Assembly: GCA_951406725.2 (NCBI GenBank)
Contig: OX597819.1
Location: forward strand, 44,454,001-44,518,000
Length of the DNA stretch: 64,000 nucleotides
From: Octopus vulgaris
Taxonomy: Eukaryota
Reading direction: 5' to 3'
Part shown: piece after piece, positions 1 through 11,530 of the stretch
Numbering within the stretch: position 1 is the first letter of the stretch
Layout: each line of letters starts with the position of its first letter
The notes under the pieces: generated by a model
What the model was told of the DNA's origin: nothing
The model's input: the letters and a program-made list of their open reading frames with translations, nothing else
Databases searched by the model: none
Translations under genes and position numbers: made by a program

Positions 1-115
1 GCTGATTCTCTCCTCTCAAAATTTGCTGCACTTGAATTTAAATTAAACTAACACCAGCAGCAGCAGCAGCAACAGCAGCTACAATAGCAGCAACAACAGC
101 AGCAACAGCTGCAAG

Positions 116-315
116 GTGGAGGCGCAATGGCCCTGTGGTTAGGGCAGCAGACTCGCGGTCGTAAGAACGCGGTTTTGATTCCCATACCGGGCATTGTGAG
201 TGTTTATTGAGCAAAAGCACCTAAGCTCCACGAGACTCCGGCGGGTGGGGGGCGGTGAACCCCGCTGTACTCTTTCACTCTTTCAACTTTCTCTCACTCT
301 TTCTTCCTATTTCTG
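116..315 (+). mobile_element. tRNA-derived SINE, family C (3'-truncated)
   Basis: Pol III A-box-like TGGCCCTGTGGTTAGG and B-box-like GGTTTTGATTCCC, followed by a non-tRNA body. The reverse complement of the same sequence is at 56780-57091. Confidence 0.8.
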
Positions 316-597
316 CCAAAAAAGCAGAGGAACCATGGTGTAACCCACTAGGGTGTGGTAAACTTTCAGACCCTAGTCTAGATTGCGAATCCTCTGTACC
401 CCGGGTTGGTTCAGCTCTCCACCCGTTAAAAGCCACTATTTACGGAATGAGGGTAACAACATAGCTTTCGCGCCCGTGCAACAGCCAGTGTATCGCGTGT
501 GGTGGGTGGATCTTCAAGTTGCCACACGCATCTTTAGTAGCTTAGAGTAGGCTCGAATTAGAGATTATTCTTTGTGGCTAATGGCGAGTCCTGATTG

Positions 598-1082
598 GAA
601 GAAGAAGAAGAAGAAGAAGAAGAAGAAGAAGAAGAAGAAGAAGAAGAAGGGGCATCAGCAGAAGCAGCAACAGCAGTAGGGGCAGCTTAAGCAGGGGCAG
701 GGTGCAGAGATATTACCACCACCACCACCACCACCACCACCACCACCACCACCACCACCACCACTACCACCACTACCATCATGATCATGATCATGATCAT
801 CCAGGGAGGTACAGGAGTCAGTGATGTCGACTGACTCTCCGTACTCGGAATTGTTGCCCTTGAACTTAAATTAAACCATCACCATCACCACCACCATCGC
901 CATCACTACCATCACTATCAACAGCAACATGAGCAACAATAACAACATGAACACCAACACTGCCGTCGTTACCATCATCAACATATCATGATCATCATCA
1001 ACAATCATCATCATCATCGTCGTCGTCATCGTCGTCGTCGTCGTCTTCGTCATTATCATCATCATCATCATCACCATCATCA
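598..1082. repeat. Trinucleotide microsatellite cluster: (GAA)n, (CAC)n, (CAT/CGT)n
   Basis: Directly visible: GAA run at 598-648, CAC run at ~715-775, CAT/CGT run at ~875-1082. Confidence 0.95.
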
Positions 1083-2139
1083 AAAGCTCTAGCAGCATTT
1101 CGGGGCTCAATTATGTGTCAGTATGTCCTTAGTGAACCAAATGTTTTGACCCGGTTTCAACTTTCAGCTGGAGCCACTTCAGTTGTTTCGCTAATGCTCT
1201 TGGGAAAAGAATGAGAAACACAATTTTCCGTTCTTATTCCTCGATGTTTGAATTATGCAGACAGCAATACCGACAGCAGCAGCAGCAGTATTAGTAGTAT
1301 CAATGTAGTAGTAGTAGTAGTAGTAGTAGGTCTTTGCTGTTATTTTTATTGTTGTTGTTGCTGTTGTTGTTGTTAGCTTGGTCGTTTGAAGTCGTTGGTT
1401 ATGGTGATGTGATATTCATAACAAGCAGAATTCGTAAATAGCAAATTGTGTACCCAGTGCCTTAATGTACAGAATACAGACGAAAAATGCAAAATATTTC
1501 GCAGTACAATCTGTATGTAAATACTAAAACATAAAAGTAACCCCCCACCCCCACTAACTCTCCACTATTCCCCCCAGAGATTGAAAAAAAAAAAGAATGA
1601 GAATATATGACAACGAATATGTCCTTGGGCAGAGATTGCCTTCAGTACGAAATTTCATAAATATAATTGCTTCTAACATAGGAATAGAGGCAGAAATTTA
1701 GAGAGAAGTGTAAGTCAGTTAAATCTTAACTAGTACTTCTCCGGTTTTTTTTTTCCTTTTATTTTATCGAGCCAGGAAAGATTTAAGGCAAGGTTGATCT
1801 CGGTATGATTCGTACTCAGAAAAACCTACCTCATGCCATTTTGTTCGACGCTCCAATTATTTAATGCATCGTCCTTATATATATTCTTTTCTCTCCATGA
1901 AGCAATTACGTGTCCTTATACATGACTGGACCCTATGCAGTTCTATATTTCTCTTGATTCCGTTCTGATTTTTTCTTTGGGTTTCGTTTGATGTTTGTTT
2001 TGTCGTCTTACTGTCGTCTTGGACGTCTTCCAAATTGTTTCTTCTTATTTCTTGTATATCACTCGACAAATGCACAGGCCCATCAGTGCACGTCTGACCA
2101 TGTTTAGATACGACCGGCAGAAGGTAGTGATATCGATAT

Positions 2140-2640
2140 ATCTGCATGCAGATATTGTCCTTTAGTTCCTGTATTATGAGCGAATTTTTTTCGTACACTA
2201 TGATATTCAAGTGACCCCAGAGATAATGATCCTAAGTTTAAAGGTCACGAGAACGTGGTGACCACAAAGTTTTGCTAACTGTGTGTTCTGCAGGAAAGAT
2301 CTCATAGATAGGCTGCATGGACACCAGAGAAATGTGCAAGACACTCCGTTCTGCTGGGAGAAAATGACTTGTCTTTCATCTTTAGTGAGTTCAGCGTAAA
2401 ATTCGCCCAAAATTTTATGCAGACCTCTGTGTTAAGAGCACTATCGAGAAATATCGCTCCATTGATGCATGTCCCTGAAACAACACCCCAAACACTGAAT
2501 TTTGATTGTGGAGTGGCTGCTCATATACAAGATGAGGATTCTCCGCCACCCAGTACCGTGTGTTTTACTTTAATTTACGTGGCCGGAAAGATGAAAGCAT
2601 GCCTCGTTATTCATTCTGTACAGGAATCGGTGTAGCTCAC
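2140..2640 (-). pseudogene. Degenerate Tc1/mariner transposase (rosa/DD41D-like catalytic domain)
   Basis: Frameshifted minus-strand peptides NEACFHLSGHVN..RYWVAENPH, PLH..FSVWGVVSGTCINGAIFL, SQQNG and WSPRSRDL*T*DHYLWGHLNIIVYEKNSLIIQELKDNI. These match the family motifs FSDEAHFHLSG, FQQDGA and WPPRSPDLxPxDFFLWGxLK. Stops and frameshifts present. Confidence 0.8.
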
Positions 2641-2738
2641 CATTAGCAATGCTATTCAGAAATCCTGTGCTGTAATTTACTCGTTTGCTCTTGTCATCCA
2701 CTTTTAATTGCTGTATACATGTGAAATGGCATGGCTAC

Positions 2739-2740
<2 letters not shown>

Positions 2741-2769
<29 letters not shown>

Positions 2770-2817
2770 TGTATGTATGTATGTATGTATGTATGTATGT
2801 ATGTATGTATGTATGTA

Positions 2818-2848
<31 letters not shown>

Positions 2849-3047
2849 ATGTATGTATGTATGTATGTGTGTCTGTATGTATGCATGTATGTATGTATAT
2901 AGGTATGTATGTATGTATAATCTTTGTGGATTAACAAATGATACTGATAACCACCATTTTGAATTGGAACGCTTGAAAATACAGTTTTTGCATAAAACTA
3001 TTGGCAGCACTGTTAGTGGACAAATAAGGAATACATACATACATACA

Positions 3048-3119
<72 letters not shown>

Positions 3120-3246
3120 TATATGTATGTATATATATATATATGTGTGTGTATGTGTATGTATTATTTAAAACAGTTTCATTTGGCTGTATGCGACTTA
3201 AAGTTTCACGGGTTTTTAAATTGAACCTGTCTCTTTCAAGCTTAGA

Positions 3247-3281
<35 letters not shown>
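2741..3281. repeat. (TATG)n, (TACA)n, (TA)n and (CA)n microsatellites
   Basis: Directly visible; explains the YVCM/HTYI pseudo-ORFs. Confidence 0.95.
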
Positions 3282-3282
<1 letters not shown>

Positions 3283-3982
3283 TCATATTTCTATAAAACA
3301 ATAATAGCAGGATGGTACGTTATAATCGTACACACGTTGAATCATATAAAGATACACATTTATACTTAGACAAGTTCAATTTAAAACAAGAAATGCTTAT
3401 TTTAGTGTTTTATATTTTTATGTATCTTTCTGGTAAACTTACTCATCGTTTTCTTTACACGTTACAAAGATCACCTTATGATTGGTCAAACATACCAAGT
3501 GACAATTCTACAAAGTGTCATAACTAGTATCAGATTTTTAGAATTATGAGTTATGAATATTATTCGCGGTATAATGTAGTAAACGTGATAAATCAATAGT
3601 ATTTCTCTCGTCTTTAATTTCCTAGTTTGAAACAAACTTATTATTCTCCAATGTATCGAAGGAAACGTGTTGCAATAGTTTTGTGAATGCTTGTGACAAA
3701 GGGAGGAAATAGAAAATGCAGCTTATGTATAGATCTCCCAAATATAGGTTCTAATTACTCTGGTTTATCATTTTGATTCGTAGATAACACGTGATTGTTG
3801 GACACTAAAATTGGCTGCAAAAAGTTCATGGCATAATTCGTGGCCAGTAGCCAGATATCTTTTCGTAAATATTATACATAGTTAGTAGCAAAATAACATT
3901 GGCAATATCCTTATCTAATTTGGCATTTTGTTATATTTAGATAATACATGGTTAGTTTTTTAAATCTCACAGGATCGTATGT

Positions 3983-3984
<2 letters not shown>

Positions 3985-4036
<52 letters not shown>

Positions 4037-4092
4037 GCAATAATAATAATAATAATAATAATAACAACAACAACAACAACAATAATAATAAT
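3985..4092. repeat. (AAT)n/(AAC)n microsatellite
   Basis: Directly visible. Confidence 0.95.
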
Positions 4093-4978
4093 GATATTTT
4101 CCGTCTAAAACATATTTTTAATTGCATAATAGTTTCTCAAATCCTTCTTGGCATAGCAGCTGGTTTGCAGGAAATAACGTTTGATGATATACTGGTGATA
4201 CTAATATACATTTTAATAACATACTGAGAAATTAAAAAGAAAGAAGAAAAAATAACAGGAATTCGTTTGTGTATATGGACAGCACGACGATGAGTGTAAA
4301 GTGATGGGTACCATATGGGACCCTATAGAGAATTAATCAACTGCGTAGAACTTCGTTCGAAAGTTCTGCACCACTTTCTTATACTTACCATTCATATTCT
4401 TCTCTCTCATCATAACTCTGGTAACAAGTATTGCATAATGACCAAAGGTGATTTGGATACAAAGTCACCTTTGCTTGCAGTGAACACATCGAAAATTATT
4501 CGAATAAAAACGTCCGTAAATTGTCGGAGAAACGTATTTAGTGGGGAAGCTGTTTTTGGTCAAATGTGGGTAATAGTGAAATTGGTGCTTAATAAAATAT
4601 CAGTCACATCATTTAAAAGGAATCTAATACTCAGGTAACACCACCAGTTGACCCCTTAGGTACTTTTAGCAGAGTCTACAATATTGGAGATATTTAAATC
4701 AATTATCGAATCGAAGGGAAACTGAATCTCTTCTATTTTTCACAATGGTGTTGGCGATTTTATAAAATGATGATAGCTGGTGCTCCGTCCTTCCAGATTA
4801 AGTTGTAAAAACGGATGTGTGAATGAGGTTGCAAGTCTCAAAACCTTGCTATTATTTTAAACTTATTTAAATCTTGTAAGTTCAGTTTGATATGAAATGA
4901 AACAGGCCAGCAACCTAGACATTTAAAATACTCGAATCTAACTTAAATAGTGTAATCGATAGTAAGACCTAGATATAT

Positions 4979-5575
4979 GTTTCTTTATAAGCCACACAGG
5001 GCTGAACACACAGGGGACAAAATAGAAAGTAGTGCTTTTCTTTTTGGGAAGGAAAGGAAAAAAAGGGTGTGGGTAGAATTTCGATCAAAAGGGATCGTGA
5101 AAAGAAAGAAAAAGAAAAGCCGATCAAGAGGGATCGTGTATCACAGAAATGTCATAATGTAAAAGTGGAAACAAATTAGGTTTATCCGTGGAAAGAAAAG
5201 CCTACAGAAAAGACCACGGTAACCTCGGGCAATAATGTCATGCAAAAAGCACATTACAGTAAGTGACTCTTTTTCCCTTTCTTTTTCTGGTTCATAGGAT
5301 TATGCTCAAGGTGGCTCCGTCATTCACACGTGCCATCCTTGCTACATTCACTCATCCTTTTTTGAAACATTCACTCGACAAAACTTCTTTCTCTACTCTC
5401 ATCTTCCTCCTCAAGTGATACTTGAAGAAGTTAATGAGAGATTCACCATAGAGGAAAGTGTTTGTCTCAAGACCTTTCAGACGCGTCCACCATACACATT
5501 CTTTCGCCATAGCCACAAGTACGATGAAAATGTCTCTTCCTTCCCGTTTCAAGGAAGGAGGCGCGACAATATCCA
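4979..5575 (-). mobile_element. 5'-truncated non-LTR retrotransposon, Tx1/L1-like ORF2 C-terminus plus 3' UTR
   Basis: ORF 5352-5576 (IFIVLVAMAKECVWWTRLKG...FKKG*) resembles the Tx1-clade C-terminal LxxxAKxxIWxxR...FxxxW pattern. It is followed by a T-rich 3' UTR ending ...CAGCCCTGTGTGGCTTATAAAGAAAC. Confidence 0.7.
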
Positions 5576-7360
5576 AACTCCAGCCAGACCATCATGAAAT
5601 GGAATGTGCATTACTCAGACGCGATATTACTATATAACTATACTTTTGAAAATAAAACAAAACTATTTTGACATCACTTCTACCTTCCAAATATTAACAA
5701 CATCAGCCTAAGTAACGTGCAAGAACATACAAGATAGAGACAGGACATACTTTCTCCATTGTGTTGCTGTTGTATAGCGCTCGATCACTTTGATCAATCG
5801 GATCTTTGATCAAAGATATTTCTAAATATGACCGTTTCGTAGATTTTTAGATTATGATAATATTAACTGATGTGCCTTTCATCCTCTCAGTTGAAAGTGT
5901 GTGATTTGAGGCTAATCTCGCTGTATTTCTTGCAAATCGAGCTATTGTGGGACTCCTTCTTTAGCTTATATATAACAAAATTTATTGTATTCGGAGACCA
6001 TATTCCTTCTCAGTGTTATATCCACTGTTGAAATTGAACTCGAATCTGGTGATAAACGTAAATCTAGAAAATTTTACGTCATTTACTGCACACTGGTTAT
6101 TGATACGTATTGGCCCTTCATGATGGTCCATATTTTTTTCCAGCTTGGTTAACCGAGACATTTGGAACTTCAGTTACATAGTAACAAATATAGTAGAGTT
6201 CCAATAACAACTGAGCAGTTGGTAGTTTGTTCATAACTCTTTTCACACTGTCAGTGGTAGTCTCATAAATGATACTGTAGTGTGTTTGAAATCCATTTGA
6301 AATCAACATAAATCTATTGATGCAATAATTGGACAGCGTTGTGTTCTAGAGGAACAAGGTATTTTGGGTCTTACAATAACGCGCTTTCAGCCAGGCAACC
6401 CAACGTAGTTTGATCAAATCCAGGTCGAAGTACCTGTGGCGTTCATCGCGTGACATCAGTAATCACCTCTTTTTAGCCAAAGCCATTTAATTGCTTTCTC
6501 ATTAGCTGCTACGTAGTTCTTTATGACTCTTTTACTCATTCCTATAATGTCTAGGTTTCCTTAGATTTTACTGCAGGAAAGACTTTAAATGAGTTCGATT
6601 GTCATGAAGGTGACGTAAATGCGAACGTTTAGAGCAGGTCCTTTCAACGGAGTAAAAAAAAAAATCAAATTGCATTTGATAGTGCTGAATAAACAGGTAT
6701 CAAGTCATGTAAGCGATTTTTTACGTTGTTTTGTATGTCGAAACCAAAGTATGCACAAAACTTCACAACTCATACCTCAACCACATCGTACAAAACTTAT
6801 TAACTTTATCACCTGATATATACCCACTTAGACCGCCGCTACGTGCTTTCGAATCGGGCATTATTTTATGTTTTGTTTTTGCAAAAATTTGTTTTTATCG
6901 TTATATCAGAGCGTGGGTGAATACTCTCGTGACAAAAAAAGAAGGTTGTAGGAAGTGAGATTTGAATAATCTTGGGCTTCAACAAAAATGAATGATGGTA
7001 AAATATGAGAATATAACGTTGGAAAGCAATAGAGAAATTGATAGAGTGGGGATTATAGGAAATAAGAACGTTGTGTAACGTTTGGTGTAGATTTTGGGGG
7101 TAGGAAAACATAACATGGGGCGGGGGTGGGGGGTGAAACAGCTAGGTGAATATTGTGGGTTGGTTCGTAGGTTCATAAAATATCTATTGATCAATGTTTT
7201 TTTATTGAATCTGTCACAGTAAAAATAATTCTTGAATAAAAATAGTGTTGCAATAAATATGAAATGACAGAGAAACAGAGAAAATATAATTGAAAAAAAC
7301 ATGTGGAGATGTGTAAAATATATTTTGCTGATGCACGAGTGATAGTAAATCATATTAGAA

Positions 7361-7361
<1 letters not shown>

Positions 7362-7411
<50 letters not shown>

Positions 7412-7422
7412 GCGAGAGAGAG

Positions 7423-7493
<71 letters not shown>

Positions 7494-7530
7494 GAGAAAG
7501 AGATAGATAGATAGATAGATAAATAGATAG
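7362..7530. repeat. Compound microsatellite (TA)n-(GA)n-(GAAA)n-(GATA)n
   Basis: Directly visible. Confidence 0.95.
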
Positions 7531-8371
7531 ACAGATGTGGTTGTTTTTTTAGTTCCAACGTGTGTACAATAATGCCCGTAAGGGAAGCAGGTAGCAAATG
7601 GACAAAGTAGCACTGTCTGGGAAGCGCACGACTCAGTTAAGAGTGGTGGATTCTTGATTACTACACAGTGTCAAAGCTTGCCCACCAAAGGCCACCAAAT
7701 GCATGATTTGTAAAGAGAATACACCAAATAACAGCAAAAATCGTACATATTAAAAAGAAACAGTAGTTAAGTCACATTTTCTCTTGTTTTCAAAGCTTAG
7801 ACAATAAAGAGCATTTATAACATGGCAGAATTGGTGTTTCACTAATTGGAATTTGTACCTGGAATCAGACGAAAAAAATAAAAATAAAATAAAGGGATAT
7901 AAACAGACACTAAATATGTATCAGAAAATGAAACAGCGATCAAACTATGAAACGCCGATGCTGGTCGAGTGAATGAAGACATTTTGGAAGATGTTGTTGT
8001 CAAGGATCACCAAGTGAGGAAATACCTTTTAGTCAAAGATGATATTGTATATCCCAATAGGAGAAATTATCCATATATTAAACGATTAGAAAAAAGAATG
8101 TGTCAACTAAAACCAGAAATAATTCTGATAATAGAACGTGACTCGAGAAGAAGTAAAAACATGCAAAAAAATGCACAATCAAAATCCAGAGCTTACAAAT
8201 ATAGACAACATAACATTAATAGACAGCAGATACATATCATGTGACATATTTTTAGTACAGTAGAAGATACAAACACATACAAAATATTCTACATACAGTA
8301 GAACATAGACACAACTCCGCCTCGTAGTGCAAGAAAAGACAGACTACGGTCCAGCTTTTGTTGCACTAGCA

Positions 8372-8565
8372 ATAATGGTTTCAAATTTTGACACAAAACC
8401 AGCAATTTCGGGGGAGAGCTCAGTTGGTACTTATTTTACTAACCCCGAAAGGATGAAAGGATAAGTTGACCTCAGCGGTATTTGAACTCAGAATGTAAAC
8501 CCGGTCGAAATAGCACTATGCATTTCACCCGGCGTGATAACGGTTCTACCAGCTTGCCACTCCTT
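8372..8565 (-). mobile_element. SINE family A, older tail variant
   Basis: Contains the family core (plus strand CCCCGAAAGGATGAAAGG..GACCTC.GCGG.ATTTGAACTCAG). Confidence 0.75.
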
Positions 8566-8623
8566 CACTTGCTGCCTTAATAATAATAATAATAATAATA
8601 ATATAATAATAATAATAATAATA

Positions 8624-8700
<77 letters not shown>

Positions 8701-8701
<1 letters not shown>

Positions 8702-9197
8702 TGTTATCATGTACATTGTTTTGTCTTGGTATAAAAGATGGGCTACAGCAAATATTCTGCTCAATACCTCAGATTTACTTGTCAGTTGTTTGACCTTAAC
8801 CAGTTGAGCATGTCCCTTAGTGGCTGACGATATGTGCATCTCTAATCACGAGCAGAAGTAGTGGGGGAGCATCATAGCCATGTGTTGAGAGGGATTCTTT
8901 GGGGTTTGAATAGTTCACCTCTGGAAACATGGGTGGTTCTTTCAACATCCTTAAACAACCCTTATTCAGGGAAGTTGTGAGCGGGATGGGCTACTCAACC
9001 TGAAGAAAATTCTAACTGGGCCCCACCTGCAAGGTCATGTGCTGTTTATCTTGATATGAGATCACCATGTCGCGCACATATGGTTGTGATGCATGTGCCT
9101 GGTGTACCTTTATCAGACGGGTAGTCATGATGGGTATATTGGGCTTCGTATATTTTACCCCAGTGTCACTTTGATGGCATGAACTGCTCTCTCACTC
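8701..9197 (+). mobile_element. ~500-bp interspersed element embedded in (AAT)n; probable 3' end of a microsatellite-targeting non-LTR element
   Basis: Higher-GC segment with (AAT)n on both sides (8580-8700 and 9198-9260). A diverged partial copy lies at ~17595-17730. Confidence 0.6.
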
Positions 9198-9260
<63 letters not shown>

Positions 9261-9663
9261 CCTTTCTCCTGGTAGCACAAGACCTCAAATTTGGGAGAAG
9301 GGATTAAATCGATTGCTTCAACACCAGTGCGTAACTAGCACTTAATCTATCGACTCCGAACAGATGAAAGGCAAAGTCGACCTCGGCGGCATTTAAACTC
9401 TGAAGGTACAGACAGACGAAATATTTATTTCTATTTCTTTACTACCCACAAGGGGCTAAACGCAGAGAGGACAAACAAGGACAGACAAAGGGATTAAGTC
9501 GATTATATCGACCCCAATGCGTAACTGGTACTTATTTAATCGATCCCGAAAGGATGAAAGGCAAAGTCGACCTTGGCGGAATTTGAACTCAGAACGTAAC
9601 GGCAGACGAAATATCGCTGAGCATTTCGCCCGGCGTGCTAACGATTCTGTCAGCTCGCCGCCT
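9261..9663 (-). mobile_element. SINE family A nested dimer (young copy followed by older body and tail)
   Basis: tRNA-like head GGCGGCGAGCTG..GAGTTCAAATTCC and central GTCGACTTTGCCTTTCATCCTTTCGG..TCGAT..AAGTACCAG (Nin/Deu-domain-like). Two bodies with different tails join at ~9424. Confidence 0.85.
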
Positions 9664-9671
9664 TAATAACG

Positions 9672-9730
<59 letters not shown>

Positions 9731-10250
9731 CCTTCCTACTAAAAGCACAAAGCCTGAAATTTGGAACTCAACTGGAACTTATGCTATAGACCCCGAAAGG
9801 ATGAAAGGTAAAGTCGACCGCGGCGGAATTTGAACTCAGAATGTAAAGACGTAATATTAATGATAATAAAGGTTTCCAATTTTGGCACACGGTCAGAAGC
9901 TTTTAAAGGGAGTTGGAAGTTGATTACATCGATTCCAGTACCTAACCAGTACTTTTTTTATTGACCTCAAAGAGATGCAAGGGAAGGTGGAACTCTGTGG
10001 AATTTGAATTCAGTGCAGGATGAAATGCCACTAAGCATTTTGTCCAACCTGCTAACAATAATATTGATTTCAAATTTTAGCACAAGGCCAGCAAGTTTGT
10101 GGGGAAGAGGTAAGTCGGTTACAGGACCCCTAATGCTCAACTGGCAGTTATTTTATCGACCACGAAGGGTTGAAACGCAAAGTCGATCTCGGCAGAATTT
10201 GAACTCAGCGCAGGAAGAAATGCCGCTAAGCACTTTGTCCGACGTGCTAA
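9731..10250 (-). mobile_element. Cluster of three decayed SINE A copies
   Basis: Repeated core variants ...AAAGTCGA..CGGCGGAATTTGAACTCAG at ~9800, ~9980 and ~10180. Confidence 0.75.
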
Positions 10251-10517
10251 TAATAATAATATTAACGATGATGATGATTATATTTAAACGGTAATTTGTC
10301 GATTGGAATGGAATTATCGTTTGACTTCAATCTGTAATGTTATTAAGAAGGTCATGACCCGCTCAGAAAACGGTCTGAGTGAATAATTGTCGCGCTGGTC
10401 ATATTAAATTACGTTTATTTTAACACACCCTAGTTTGGTTATATCAAAGCTTTAATTTTATCATCGGATCAAAGGGCAACAATTCCCCTACACTCTGTTT
10501 GCCCCAACCCCATGCTT

Positions 10518-10560
10518 TCTCTCTCCCCCTCTGTCTCTACTTCTGTCTGTCTCGCTCTCC

Positions 10561-10592
<32 letters not shown>

Positions 10593-10666
10593 GTTTGTCT
10601 CTTTCTTTCTCGCATGGTACTCCTTAATTATATCTAATGGCAAACTTATTTGCTGGTGTATATGAA

Positions 10667-10699
<33 letters not shown>

Positions 10700-11019
10700 T
10701 GTATGTATGTATGTATGTGCATGCTTATATATATATGTGTGTGTGTGTTGTGTGCGCGCGTGTGTATGTATGCATAGAATACATACAATACAGAGATTGA
10801 AAGATAGATATGTCGGTACACCAATAATAGACATATTTACATAATAAGCCTCAGTGTGCGTGCGCGCGTATACGTACATAATTATATACATACATACATA
10901 CATACACACACATATATAAGCACACACGCACACACACACACGTATATAAGTATATGTATTTATATAAGTATAAGTATATATACATATTTATACATGTGTG
11001 TGTATGCGTGTGTATGTAC

Positions 11020-11057
<38 letters not shown>

Positions 11058-11247
11058 ATGTGTGTGTATGCATATATATATATATATATATATATACACG
11101 AGTGTGTGGTGGTGATAGAAGGATGTAAGAAAACATATAGGAGAGAGCGAGAGAGAGAGGGAGGGGGAGGAAGTGAGAGAGAAGTTGTGTAACTGAGAAA
11201 AAGAGAGTAAAACAGAAATAGACCGATGATATAAGTAGAAAAAAAAA

Positions 11248-11299
<52 letters not shown>

Positions 11300-11530
11300 G
11301 TATGAAAGCAATCAAAGTAAACAGGCAGAAAAATATCGTTCGAATTAGGCACAAAGAAAGAGAGGAAAAATAAATAGAAGCGTAAGTAAAATTGATAGAG
11401 TAGTGAAGAGAGAAAGAAATGAACAGAGAAGTGAAGGGGCGTGAGTGAGAGATAGAGAGAGAGAGACTGAGAAAGAAAGAAAGAGAGAGGAAGAGTGAAA
11501 GTGTGTTTATGTGTGAGGGAGAGAGAGCGA
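10518..11530. repeat. Low-complexity/microsatellite block (CT, TATG, TA, TG, AAT, GA)
   Basis: Directly visible; explains the 200+ aa low-complexity ORFs. Confidence 0.9.

Noticed and set aside
116-195. tRNA gene (also the heads at 15802, 39954 and 57091)
   Set aside because: A/B boxes are present but run into multi-copy SINE bodies; no clean cloverleaf or terminator.
2685-3282. Many 60-260 aa ORFs such as YVCM.., HTYI.., IYIY.. (also near 10600-11700, 15100, 39000 and 51600)
   Set aside because: Stop-free translations of microsatellites with no domain content.
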